Positions 25,550 to 39,147 of a stretch of DNA of 64,000 nt are shown piece by piece. The translations under genes and the position numbers were made by a program. The notes below the pieces were generated by a model. That model searched no databases. It was given only the letters and a program-made list of their open reading frames with translations, and had not been told where the DNA came from. Positions within the stretch are counted from its first letter, which is position 1; each line of letters opens with the position of its first letter. This stretch comes from Negaprion brevirostris (lineage: Eukaryota): positions 93,641,337-93,705,336 of the forward strand of contig JARDVH010000073.1 in NCBI GenBank assembly GCA_030324005.1, given 5' to 3'.

Positions 25550-28500
25550 GATTACAGTCTAGCAATAAGTCTTGTAGGTTTGATCGTATCGTTAGGCGTC
25601 AGAACGTTTTCACATTAAGAGAAAAAATTTTTACAAAAAAAAGGCAAGTAACTGGTGCTGTTCCTAAAATACAATATTAATATTGTATTATGAACTTTGA
25701 TATGTCTTTAAACACGAGTGACAAAATGTATATGCTTTTAGCTGAATCTTCTGGCAAAAGGGAATCAAATTATTTGTTATCAACTCCTAAAATATTTGCA
25801 CCTTTGTTGGGGTCGGTTTGAATTCGGTCTAGGTGCACTTTTCCAAACTTATGACCTGGTTCTGGAGAAGGCAACAGGGGAGAGCCGCCTTGACTATTTC
25901 CCTAACACACAGGGGAGTGTTTTCAACAGCTCTGCTGCCTGCTACTACTCCCAGACTTGCTGCTTCTGATGCTTCGCAGAATGAACGGATCGGTGGCGTG
26001 GAGTAAAACTGAATCTTGGCACAACAAAAATCACACCCTTCTCCTGAGCATTCGGCAAGTCCAGAAGGAGTGGGAAATCGCCGAAGATTCACCAACTCTC
26101 CCTTAACAAGATCGCACAAGCATTAGATAAGAGTGCTTATTTTGTGTTCTTATTTTTTTTAAAAAAAGGGTTTCAAATAATAGTGTATTCGTGTATTTTT
26201 TCTAAGGGGGCGGGGGGCAAATGCAACTTTGTATTCCAACAGTATTTTTGCATGTACAGTGATGGAACTTGAGTTGGCCCAGCTTTGTGTTTGGGTCTCG
26301 GACGAAGCGAGGCTAAATTGCAGTGAACGGCACGAGGTTTGAAATTGAACAGCCCCGGCACCACACTCTCCTTTCAGACCCACTCTCTCCGCTGCTTTGA
26401 CTTGTAGCCGCTGTGATAGGAAGTGTGAGCTACTGTCAGCCAGCCCCAACCCTAACCTCCCCCAGCCCCGCAACCCACTCTTGCTGTCAATTCCCCTTTG
26501 ATCTGAACATATTTCCATTACAATTGAACAACATTTCCCAGAAAGGGAATCATCTTCTTTCTCCGTGGTACATTTAATGATTTTATCTATTTTCTATTTT
26601 AATTAAATTAATCTTTTTTATTATTATTTTCGTGTCCTCGGGTTGTCTTTTCCCCCCTGTTTTTTAATGTCCATCAAGATGCTGACTACTCCCTTTATCT
26701 TTTTTGTTTCAATTCCTTTTTCTTCTCCCTTTTATCTTTCCCCTCGTTCTCCCTCCGATCCCTTAACTGATGAGATTACAAAAGTCGCCGTGCCTGTTAC
26801 CCTCACCTCTGTCCAGTTATAACGCAAGGGAGAGGAGTGAGTCTAGGGACGAGCAGATGCAGATAGTTCATGATGCACAGAGGTGGGGCCCACCTATTCC
26901 CGTCAAAGGGGATTATTAACTAGCTGCGCAATACCTGTGATTCTTAAAGTAGCCTGTGATATGAGTAGGCTCGGATATTTTCCAATTTGGGAGGGGGGGG
27001 GGGAGGCGTGGGGGTGGTGGTGGTGGTGTCCATTCAGGCTATGGGTGGAATTTGGGAGGAGGTGCCGGAGGAGAACTGTGGACCCCGATTGTACAGCTTG
27101 GGTGAAATATTTCAAACTATGAAAATATTTGAAAAGTAAACACCGCAAAGAGCAACTCGCACAGCTACCCGTCTGACCTGAATTAACTGGAGTAAAATGA
27201 ACCCACAATGGCTTGGATTATGCCGGGTCCCGGCTTTATTTTCTAGCGGCGCAGAAAAGCAATTAACCCTAGGAATGCCGGTGGACATTAAGGGGGATAT
27301 GATCTGTTCAGCTCAGTGGTGACATTGAATTTTAGAGTCACACCTGGGCGAAGCTTTCTTAAATTTTGAACAAGTTGCCCTCACCCGCATCTGCCCTCTA
27401 TAAAATTAAGTACAATTTGCTTATTTTAATTTATAAGTTTACTAGGCCCAGTCAATTGACATTAATTATTTGAGAATGTTATTGAAACATTTTAACCAAA
27501 TCCAGCTCTCGTCGTGCGACTGTTAGTGAAAGTACTCACCTTCAATCGTAATAAATAATCAAACAAATAGTTGGAGCGGTATGCTCATTTGTGANNNNNN
27601 NNNNNNNNNNNNNNNNNNNNNNNNNNNNNNNNNNNNNNNNNNNNNNNNNNNNNNNNNNNNNNNNNNNNNNNNNNNNNNNNNNNNNNNNNNNNNNAGTTGG
27701 AGCGGTATGCTCATTTGTGAATCGCAGTTCTTTTTAACTAAATGCGCCTTTATAACCCAATTAATCCACCGTCTCTGCCCTGATCCAGAAGCTATGGACA
27801 TTAGCAAATGATTAGGTCGACATATTTACAGAAATCAAAAAACAAAGGGGACTTTGGTTTGTGTCCTGCTAGTTAATAATGAATATCTTCAGCAGCTTTC
27901 TTCTAACTTTCCAACTTCAAAAGGTTACTGTCCTTTTAATTCCCATCACCTTTAAATTATTCAGCATTTCATGTAAAATACGACGAAGATATTAAACTGC
28001 GCCTTGCTGATGGTCCCTCTCTCTCTCTCTCCAATTTTGCCTTTGATTCATATTCTCATTAAGTTCAATTTGTGCTTTAAATTAGACACGTTCCTGGGAC
28101 AAAACAGTAATGATGTTGTTGCAGTTCACCTCATTCAAAATGGGTGCACTGTGTTTCCTTTTCTTTTAAACAATATTTATACTCCGCTGTTTGGCCCAGG
28201 GTCGCTATGTAAGAGATTTTGAAATCCAGCTTGAGTTGCAAATGATCACAGTTCAAGTAACAAAATCTGTAGGAACCCCGGTCAAAATGATATGCGAAAC
28301 CCAGGTTATTACCTGAAAAAAGACCTTGATTGAACAGGACGGTAGTCAGGCAGTAATCAATGCAACTCAAGCGTCCATTGGGAGAATTAAAATCATTTCA
28401 AAATTGTTCACTGTGTATTTTAGTTTTGTAGCTGTTCCTTTGCTATTAATGTCTAACTTTGCTGGCACTTCCTTTTATTAGTTATTCTAATACCCAGCAG

Positions 28501-31500
28501 GTATTCCTTCTGTCACACAATAAAATTTCAAATTGTAAAATAAAATTAATAGAACTTCACCAGAAGAAGTATGGTATATTGAGAAGAAATTCATTCTTCT
28601 TTGGCAAAGCATGTGTAGATTCTAAATATATGATCCTGCAATTCAAAGTTGCGATCTCCATTACAATACCATAAACCATACCAACGCCATATCATAGTGA
28701 CATAATCTATGTCAGTCAACAACTTAAATATCACACTCCTGCTACAAACTTTAGTCTCCATAGCTCCTCCGTAGGTGTTTATTATATGAAATATATACTG
28801 TCTTAATCAACTGTCCTTGCTGTTCACAGCGTTTGACCGTAGATGTTGAAGAATGTGAAAAGAGAATAACCCAAGATTGAGTGGAGTCTCTTTTTAAGAC
28901 GCCTCTATTGAGATCCTAGACATTGCAGTTTAGCCTTGTAGTATGGGTACAATCTGCTGAATTTGCAATCTAATTATAAATGTGCCATTTGGACCTCCTT
29001 TCAGCTTCAGTGCCACCATACCTTATGAGGGAAGTTACTTTAACAGCAAGCAACAAGTCAGACAGCTGTTCAAAACAAAATACCATTACCAGATCAACTT
29101 TTCCCTAACACTGGGACTAGCGAGGGTATTGTTTTACAAACAGCCTTACAGACTTACTTGCATTATGCACAACGAAGAATGGTTATTAAGTATGCCTCAA
29201 CAATTTAGGGAAACGGTTCATAAAATCAATTCTCTTAATTGATTGCTAAACAAAGAAATCATGTGAAAACAATCATGACTAAATGTGTTTTTTAAAGATG
29301 TTTTTAACAGGAGGATTGTTTAGTAAATGCGCCATGTAAATATTTTCTGTGGGGTTTATAATGCAAGGGGTTACTTATTCGGAATAAATTTTCAATCATT
29401 TCAGCAGACACATGTAGATACATATATATGTGTGTGTTTATATATGTATTTTTTATATCTGATGAAATTACTAACATGTNNNNNNNNNNNNNNNNNNNNN
29501 NNNNNNNNNNNNNNNNNNNNNNNNNNNNNNNNNNNNNNNNNNNNNNNNNNNNNNNNNNNNNNNNNNNNNNNNNNNNNNNNNNNNNNNNNNNNNNNNNNNN
29601 NNNNNNNNNNNNNNNNNNNNNNNNNNNNNNNNNNNNNNNNNNNNNNNNNNNNNNNNNNNNNNNNNNNNNNNNNNNNNNNNNNNNNNNNNNNNNNNNNNNN
29701 NNNNNNNNNNNNNNNNNNNNNNNNNNNNNNNNNNNNNNNNNNNNNNNNNNNNNNNNNNNNNNNNNNNNNNNNNNNNNNNNNNNNNNNNNNNNNNNNNNNN
29801 NNNNNNNNNNNNNNNNNNNNNNNNNNNNNNNNNNNNNNNNNNNNNNNNNNNNNNNNNNNNNNNNNNNNNNNNNNNNNNNNNNNNNNNNNNNNNNNNNNNN
29901 NNNNNNNNNNNNNNNNNNNNNNNNNNNNNNNNNNNNNNNNNNNNNNCAACATGCCCTGATTACATCCCCCACCACCACCCCGTCACTAAGACAGGCACAA
30001 CACTAATTGTCATTTTAAATGTCCCTTTCGTCCCCTTTTCCCCAGCCCTGAAAGAGTGTGAAGAAAGGAAGGTCAGTTATCAGATCGATAACATCAGAGC
30101 TTCTGACTGTTAAACAGGCAATGTCCCATTCCGAGATACTAGTTAACGCTTTCCCCTCTCCTGCCACTTAATGCGCGGAACAGGCAGTCTTTCGGGTAGC
30201 ACTGTCCCTTCTTAAATATTTCAGAGAAAAGGGTACTTGAATCGCATCACAAACAACAACGTCAGCTGGCGGGGCCCCCCGCACAGAAAAGGAGAATCCA
30301 AAATGATTAGAATTGAAAAGTGGAAAGTTTAAAAGAAGATACATATATATGCCCGTGCATGCAATATTAAAACTAAAATAAGCTGAGATATGATGCAAGG
30401 CGAACACAATCTAAATAAATCCAATATTAAAAAGGTAATTAGTGTTTAAACCCGTGAAAGTACAGAAAACTTTCTGAACAATATAGCTTTTGTCATCTAA
30501 TCGCTGTCCACACAGTTTGAAAAAAGAAATCGTGGTGTCCTGTACTGCGTCTATCATCCGAATTTTTTTAAATATATCAGTGTTGGTTCAAAGTAAATTT
30601 TACCACTCACGTTTGGCCCTTTTAGTTGACAGAAGTGGATGGTCGCGCCAAGGAAGCGGGCTATATAGAAAGGTTGGGTATTGTCTCCTTATGGGTCGGT
30701 CACTGGATGCCTGCTTTATTTTCATTTACGTGCTTGTGCATTCTTCCCTGATCAATTTGCATGACCCTCCCCAGATACAAGCGGCTAAAAATGAGATTAT
30801 CTCGCACGTCGGCGAGAGTGGGTGCAAAACCGCAAGAGCGGCGACTTTACGAACTTTATTCTTTTTACCCAAAAGAATAAAACAGTGCTTTTATCATGAA
30901 TATATGAACATGAGACAGCGTTTTAAAGTCCAGATTGCAACTTTCTAATTCTGCACTCAACCACATGCGCTGCTTAACATCTAGTACCACTGTGTGGACA
31001 GAGTCGAAATTGCCGCCCCTGTTTATAACCAGGGAACTGTTGCTAATATGTTTAAAGACAGATAGCCGGTTCAGCGTCAACTCAAACTTTATGTTATTAA
31101 TTTAAGATGATATCGCACATTATTACTACTTTTAAAAAAACACAAAGCAGCTTATCCAAAAATCGTATTTTTGAACTTGTGTCTAGAAACGTGTGCGTGG
31201 ATTCCACCGTCTATCCTACCCCAGAATGCAGAATAAACTTGTGATTCCCAGTGAAAGNNNNNNNNNNNNNNNNNNNNNNNNNNNNNNNNNNNNNNNNNNN
31301 NNNNNNNNNNNNNNNNNNNNNNNNNNNNNNNNNNNNNNNNNNNNNNNNNNNNNNNNNNNNNNNNNNNNNNNNNNNNNNNNNNNNNNNNNNNNNNNNNNNN
31401 NNNNNNNNNNNNNNNNNNNNNNNNNNNNNNNNNNNNNNNNNNNNNNNNNNNNNNNNNNNNNNNNNNNNNNNNNNNNNNNNNNNNNNNNNNNNNNNNNNNN

Positions 31501-34500
31501 NNNNNNNNNNNNNNNNNNNNNNNNNNNNNNNNNNNNNNNNNNNNNNNNNNNNNNNNNNNNNNNNNNNNNNNNNNNNNNNNNNNNNNNNNNNNNNNNNNNN
31601 NNNNNNNNNNNNNNNNNNNNNNNNNNNNNNNNNNNNNNNNNNNNNNNNNNNNNNNNNNNNNNNNNNNNNNNNNNNNNNNNNNNNNNNNNNNNNNNNNNNN
31701 NNNNNNNNNNNNNNNNNNNNNNNNNNNNNNNNNNNNNNNNNNNNNNNNNNNNNNNNNNNNNNNNNNNNNNNNNNNNNNNNNNNNNNNNNNNNNNNNNNNN
31801 NNNNNNNNNNNNNNNNNNNNNNNNNNNNNNNNNNNNNNNNNNNNNNNNNNNNNNNNNNNNNNNNNNNNNNNNNNNNNNNNNNNNNNNNNNNNNNNNNNNN
31901 NNNNNNNNNNNNNNNNNNNNNNNNNNNNNNNNNNNNNNNNNNNNNNNNNNNNNNNNNNNNNNNNNNNNNNNNNNNNNNNNNNNNNNNNNNNNNNNNNNNN
32001 NNNNNNNNNNNNNNNNNNNNNNNNNNNNNNNNNNNNNNNNNNNNNNNNNNNNNNCTGGCAGAAGTTGCTGATGGGGTTTGCCGGCAAACAAAATCTTGCT
32101 TATTCTCTGTGAAACAAGTGAAGGCGATGGTTAGTGCTGTCAATCTTGACGATCAATTCCAGCGGCCATGTCGCAAGTATTCAAAGCATTTCCCGTCGTG
32201 CAACATCAGAAAGTGAATGGCCAGGGCACTGATGTTACTACTCCCCCCACTCTCTCGCAATCAGCCTTGATGTCTGCTGCTCCCAGGACCGGCACATAGA
32301 CACAGAGAGAGAGGGAGAGACACATACACATACAGAACACACACACACACACACACACAGATCAGAGATTGAGGCGAAAGGGTAAAAAAGCGGCCAGACA
32401 CTGCACCCACACGACACATTCACACACAACAACACAGCCAGCTACTAACAGCTTGACCAGAGCGATTGCTGAACTTCGCGAAGGGGAACTCGTGCACACA
32501 CACAAAAAAAAAGGCGCTGGAAGGCAACTCAACTTCCCCTCTCCCTCTAATCGGCTCTCTCTACCCTTCCCTTTCCCCTCCCGAAACATCGCATTCAATT
32601 TACAAATTCTGTCCAAGTCCGGAACTTTGGAGACAACTAGCTCTTATTTATTNNNNNNNNNNNNNNNNNNNNNNNNNNNNNNNNNNNNNNNNNNNNNNNN
32701 NNNNNNNNNNNNNNNNNNNNNNNNNNNNNNNNNNNNNNNNNNNNNNNNNNNNNNNNNNNNNNNNNNNNNNNNNNNNNNNNNNNNNNNNNNNNNNNNNNNN
32801 NNNNNNNNNNNNNNNNNNNNNNNNNNNNNNNNNNNNNNNNNNNNNNNNNNNNNNNNNNNNNNNNNNNNNNNNNNNNNNNNNNNNNNNNNNNNNNNNNNNN
32901 NNNNNNNNNNNNNNNNNNNNNNNNNNNNNNNNNNNNNNNNNNNNNNNNNNNNNNNNNNNNNNNNNNNNNNNNNNNNNNNNNNNNNNNNNNNNNNNNNNNN
33001 NNNNNNNNNNNNNNNNNNNNNNNNNNNNNNNNNNNNNNNNNNNNNNNNNNNNNNNNNNNNNNNNNNNNNNNNNNNNNNNNNNNNNNNNNNNNNNNNNNNN
33101 NNNNNNNNNNNNNNNNNNNNNNNNNNNNNNNNNNNNNNNNNNNNNNNNNNNNNNNNNNNNNNNNNNNNNNNNNNNNNNNNNNNNNNNNNNNNNNTTTCAG
33201 GGTCTACACAAACCACTCTCAGGTAGACACATTCAATTCAACCAGCATCAACCAGCGCACCACGTCTAAAACCTTGATTTGAAAAAAAATCTGAAACTTC
33301 AGAGCCCTTTTCTGGTTATGTAACTGGAGTTAACCCCCTCGCTGTCAGCCAGAGTCAGGATCGCCGAAGCAGCGATTGCATCAATGAGGCTGACAGCTAA
33401 CTAGTAATAGATCCAGATTACATTTCAGCGCAGCAACGACCATGAGGGTGCCGAGCGGTTACACACACAACCCAATTCCCCCAATCCTCAAATCACACTT
33501 CCAGAGTAGCAACTGCACTGATTTCAAACAGATAAGGCAAAAATGGCATTTGTGAATGAACCCCGGCTCTAACACCTCTTCCCCCGCCCCACCCCCACTA
33601 TTATTCATACAGATAAACTCCCTTAGTTATCTGTCAAACGCAAAACCTCCATTCCATACTATTCTTTGTATTGAAGTAGCATTTTATTTTTTTAAAAAAA
33701 ATAAGCAGATTAAAGAATGGAACGGCAAGGCAACGCGTAACAGGTACGGACACATAACTAGTGTGTGGATCAGTAACCTCCTAACTCCCAATTTAAGAAT
33801 GACTCTCACTCTCTGCATCTTTCCACCCAGATTACTGTATCTAACACATTAACGTGTATTCATGTCAGATTGGTAGATATATATATATAGTTACACTGAG
33901 CGAATCGCTTAGTAGCTTTTGCCTATATCAAAGATAACTATTTAACATCTTATCGCAATCTTAACCCGGCATAGAGGCATGCAGGCTGCTGAGATTCAGT
34001 ATGATCGCTAAATACTGAGAAAAAGGTTTGATCTCACAGCAAAGTTTAATGTTGTCTCGACAACATTAAAGGGATTCGAGTACAGCCACATTCCCCCCTC
34101 CCCATTCTGCGAACGTCATTAAAAACTTTAAAACTATAAAATAAATGTCTTTTTCCCAGACATTTTACTTTCGATAAGCGATATTATTGAATTAATATTT
34201 ACTTAGCTCCTGCAATCCAACCTGCAATGAAATATAAGGAGGGACCCAAGATAGTTCGGGAGGCAAGCCTGTCTCTCAGTTCCTATTTATATAATTATGC
34301 AATTTCAGTGCAAACTCCTCAACCAAATTAACACTGAGACCTGGACATTCTGCCCGCATCGCCTGCGATCCAACCCCCCCACATTAACAGGACATGTGTA
34401 AACTGCTCCCAAAAATACTCCACCCAAATCCTCAAGTTCAGATGGGGGGGGGGGAGGAAGTGGAGGATTTATTCAACTTCTGATAAAAGGATATCTCTGG

Positions 34501-36450
34501 TTAATATCACAGCCCTCTCGAATAGCTCGAAGTATGTGCGGGTTACTTTACTTTTTGATGAGCATTGTAAAAGTTGGAATTTCTTGCGTCTAAGGAGGAA
34601 AAATGCAACCGATCAGGGACCATTCTGATTACACGTGGAGAGATTGTACTCATCTGGTTAAATATATTAGACCAGTCATGAAANNNNNNNNNNNNNNNNN
34701 NNNNNNNNNNNNNNNNNNNTAGAGGAATCTGATTTAGTTTATCGGGGGATGGAAATGTAAACAACACGGTTGTACCGCGCACAATCGATCCTTATGAAAA
34801 GTACGGGCTGGAAATAGTTCAAACTATAGCCAGGTATTCGGGCTGTTGTACCTCCTGTCACCTGGGCTCACGTCCATCCGATAGCCCTGTCCGGGGGTGA
34901 GATCAAGACGGGTTTCGGGAGAGGGGGTGTGTGTGGAGTTGAGTGTTCGAGGCTTCTCCCTTTCAATTAGTGTTTAGTAACCTCACTTTTCTTTCCCTGG
35001 TTTAAATAAAGCAAGCGGCCACTGTCTGAGAAAGGGGCTATAATGAGATGAGGTCCGCGGCGGTGTTTGATCTTGAGCGTCTCCAGGACACTACAGGATG
35101 ACACTTAGGCTGATACTGCCGTGGGGTAGGTGAGACAGAAATCAGACACGAATCAGAGTCAGCGTAGCACACAATCGGTGCCCTCACGTTATTATTGGAT
35201 GATTATTGGCCGGGTCAGAAGTCAGTGACTTCCACCCTCTTCCTTGGTAAAAGTACGGGTTGAGTTTGGTTAAAGCGAAATTTCCTGAATTTCCATTGCG
35301 AGCTCGGTACAAGGGCCAATTGCGAACACACACTCTGATGCTTAATTTACGCTGGAGGCAGTTTGAGGAGCCTCTGGGTGTGCTTTGTTTTTTGCGTGTG
35401 CAGAAACTTTTAGTGCGCGGCATTCCTCTTGAACCTGGCAGTTAATTTGATTCAATCCAGGGACAGCAGCAATGACTCCCCTCCCTGGCATTTCATTTGC
35501 AGGTACGCGTGCGGTGCGCCGGTGTCTGTGTGTATGTCAGCATTAAAAGGTTGGTGTGTGCAGCCTCGGAGCTGGGGAGCGCAAGAGAATGAGCTGCCGC
35601 TGGGTTTGACATCCAGCTTCTAGCAAAATGACAAGCGCGCCCTTTGAGAAACTGCCGTAACGGGTCCCCCAACAGACACATTGACATTGTCAATTGGATG
35701 CAACTTCGGCGCTTAGCCGGTCGTGCGGATGTTTGTTTTCTATATACCTTGCGCAAAGGTAAGACAGACCCAGAACAAATCAGTTCCTCTCCTATTATTC
35801 TATTCATACGACCGAGAGAGAGAGAGAGAAAACAATCCTATCCTAATCAGTAGAGATGATATTGTGCAGTTTTTTTTACTCGATCGCAGCACTGTTTGTA
35901 AAACATGCCCAACTTTTTTTATCAAGCCAATTCTCAGTGTACGGTGCCGCCACTGATAATCGATCTGCTCGCCCTCCCTCCTGCACACACAACTGGTACA
36001 TGAACATTTGACCTCCCAACCCATCACACCAATTAAAACAATTAAATATACATATGTAAATCCGCGGTTAGGACGACAATACTAGGTTGCTTGTGCAAAG
36101 CTATGAAGTCCTCGCCAGAAGATGGGACGTGTGGAGGAATGTGGTAACAGGATAATTAAGTGAAAGTTAACCAGGAAAGTTCTTGGTTGATCTATTTTTT
36201 AAAAAAAGACTGGAGTAAGAAAATTAAATGAAGTATAATTAAGAAGCAATGTATATTTAAGTGGAAGGAACTTACCTAGAAATGTTTGGTACATGTGTTC
36301 GGCCTCTGATGTATCTGCTAGGTGTACAGTAAGCGTTGAGGTTAACAGTTTAAACAGCGGGTTCCCCTTTATTAATCATTGTTCACCTTCTTACTTATTT
36401 TTGCAGCTTGACAACCCCAGTCTGCAAGAGTGACGGGGACCAAATTCCCC
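25550..36450. promoter_or_regulatory. CpG-retaining, repeat-poor regulatory domain (promoter/5' region of an unidentified gene)
   Basis: Frequent CpGs (25.9-27.5, 30.1-31.2 and 32.1-36.1 kb), a GC box ggggcgggg near 26206, purine/pyrimidine and CA/GA tracts at 32.3-32.6 kb, and no recognisable SINE/LINE. Judged by eye. Confidence 0.55.
32336..32358. repeat. (CA)n microsatellite
   Basis: Directly visible. Confidence 0.9.
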
Positions 36451-36769
36451 GTGTTTCAGCCAGATAGACCCCCCCCCAAAAAAAACCAAAGTGCTGAAAT
36501 GATGTTCAGACAGTTCAAAATATAACTATTCCTGGAAGCAACTGACCGCAAGCTCAATGCAAAAAATTAAAAAAATATACAGGAACACAAAGCAATTAAA
36601 TCAAATTAGCAGTGTGCAGTAGCTCTCCCTAGGAGTGCGAATGTTTCCAATCCATAGAACAGGCTTAGAAAGAATTGAGTTTAAATATAGCAACAAGGTT
36701 CAAGAAGTGAAAATAAAAGTTGCACCAATGCCTCTTTGGTGCTGATGTGGGCACAATGGCACCAGACTT

Positions 36770-36804
<35 letters not shown>

Positions 36805-36810
36805 CACACA
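36770..36810. repeat. (CA)n microsatellite, one interruption
   Basis: Directly visible. Confidence 0.95.
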
Positions 36811-37024
36811 GGACTCACTGTAAATAACATTGGCATGCTAATAATAGGATGGCTGTACTTACAAGGAATGAGGGCTGGATGCTGTTGGAAAAGCAGTTTG
36901 TGCTAATGGCAGAGTCATCCAGGCNNNNNNNNNNNNNNNNNNNNNNNNNNNNNNNNNNNNNNNNNNNNNNNNNNNNNNNNNNNNNNNNNNNNNNNNNNNN
37001 NNNNNNNNNNNNNNNNNNNNNNNN

Positions 37025-37206
37025 GCGATTAAAATGGACACTGCCATCTTTACGAGACTGCAATACTGTCCAGCCACCTTTCGGAGTTTCCATATCACAA
37101 TAAACTGAAAAACTTTTATTCGAGCCTATGGCAATTTCATAGATACCACTTTTGTGATGCCCTATTTTGTAATGGTCTGAACAATCCTGAGGTGTCCATT
37201 GTATCA
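37025..37206 (-). CDS. fgl2: FGL2/fibroleukin-like, coding exon 2 (start of the fibrinogen-related domain; runs into the gap at 36925-37024)
   Basis: Acceptor ttcctttcag|tg at 37207/37206. The phase-1 join gives ...GQP-V-IQWTPQDCSDHYKIGHHKSGIYEIAIGSNKSFSVYCDMETPKGGWTVLQSRKDGSVHFNR, matching FGL2 DCSDYY...[29 protein letters not shown]. Confidence 0.9.
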
Positions 37207-39147
37207 CTGAAAGGAAGTATAAAATTAGGTTATCAACTTCACCTATTGCATCAAAAGATGAATTCATTCATACCTGCTTTAACTATTAATACATATATAT
37301 CATTGCTAATCTATCAACATTAAATACAATGCAGCTCAGTCAGATCTTAGAAAATTCTTAAAGAAAGTGTTAATGGCTAGTGATCTGTGTTTTGGTTGAG
37401 TTTTAAACTGTAGGAATTCTACTTCCCAAAATTAAATGATTTAGAAAGCAAGGAAGGATGAATTACTCAAATAGGGCCAAATTGCATATTTTTTCAGTTT
37501 TTTACCAACAATTAATTCTGTGCTATTCGTTTGTACAGTAAACATTATGTTGATTAATTTCTTATTTCTGTGATGTTAAACGAGCATAACATTCACAAAA
37601 ACATGTTTGACAAGCATTATTTGGCTGTGGAGGACACTAGTAAGTCATGCGCTTACAATACAATAATGCAGAACATTTGTATGTTTGCAAATAAAACAAA
37701 AATGCTCATTATTTTAAAGATTAGGGTGGCTCTTTAATAGGGATTACGATTGACTGCATGTGGGGAAAACCAACAAAGGCATTCTCCGCAATTAAATGTA
37801 AACAGGATGTGATGGATGCAATTTGGTATTTCTGTGCCTCAAAATATTCTTTAATATTAACAGTTTAATTCCACAGTTCATCTAAAGAAGAAGCATTTCA
37901 TTTTTAAAGAGAGAGTGTGTATGATTATGCCTCAGCAAAAGTTTGAACATTATAGAACTGCCTGCTAACAGATAACTTCACCAAAAGCAATGTACATATT
38001 TATTCCTTCTTAGTCGTTAGTCTATTTTTAAATGCTATATTACATTTATTTTTACTCCTGCTATTCAACTTGAGATGCTGCCTGGAAGTTTTGAGTAGGA
38101 GTTGATAGGACCTATCTTGCGGAGTTCAATCTCCCAGGGTTCATGTAGACACCCTTGTCTACATGAATCATGTTCTGAGCTGAAATCAGGCCCTCAGATC
38201 ACCTTTATAACCTGTTGATCACCTTCACACTTTACTGACAATGTGCCATAGATCACAGCATTGCAAAAGTATAATGTATGAAAATTAGGGAACAGAGCAA
38301 GATAATTACATAGAAAGATTTGGTTGAAAAAAGCTTGCCTCAACATTTCTTCAGACTGCTCTATTTTTAGTTCTATTGTGAAAAATAGATAGCATGATGT
38401 GCAAAATGTTTATATTAAAAAAACACTTTAACTTGTACTTGTTGTTATTAAAGCCACAAAAAATATCTGCAGTATAACTGATATTAAAATTAATCAAGTT
38501 GGTGGAACTTTTAGCCAAGACCAATACATGCATTATTGTAATATTTAATTTTTCATCACTTCATTGTTTAAGATTAGCAAGATAATTTCTACTGTTTATT
38601 AGAAATGCAACTTATTCAGAAAGAACAATCAGCCAAACAAGCCTTACTTAAAAAGTGAAAGGGAGCAAAGATTGGAAAAGCCATCACATTAGGCTTTTAA
38701 ATTTGTGGATAACTTTGTAATAACTGTTTAAACATAACAACCTGCAAAAGTAAGTACTTTGCAAAAACACATCACTACATTTTAAATATTGGTTTTACTA
38801 TTGCTTTAAAATCGAGAGGGATTTTAACTTTACATATGCCTCAAATTGTGACCTGTTAATATTAACAACTTATTAGGTAAAAAGCTTTCCAATTTACAGG
38901 ACAGATAAGCACCTTGAATCTAAATATTGCATTGTTTAGCTTGTNNNNNNNNNNGCATTAAAGTATAATTGCAAAATTTCAAGTTTACGTCTATTTAGAA
39001 AGAAAAAGGGTAATTTAAAATTTTGAATAACAATAGAAATTCTGACTTTGTGTAAATGGAAAGTGGAAAATTACATCTGTTGTAATTGCATTAAAAAGTA
39101 CTATTTATAATTTTGTATTCTATTTTTTCAAACATTGATTAACTTAC

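Noticed and set aside
27569-27720. Direct repeat agttggagcggtatgctcatttgtga on both sides of a gap
   Set aside because: Identical flanks of a 100-N placeholder indicate an unmerged contig overlap, not a biological repeat.
38140-38167. 12-bp perfect hairpin in the FGL2-like intron
   Set aside because: Short and probably a remnant of a decayed MITE; no further support.
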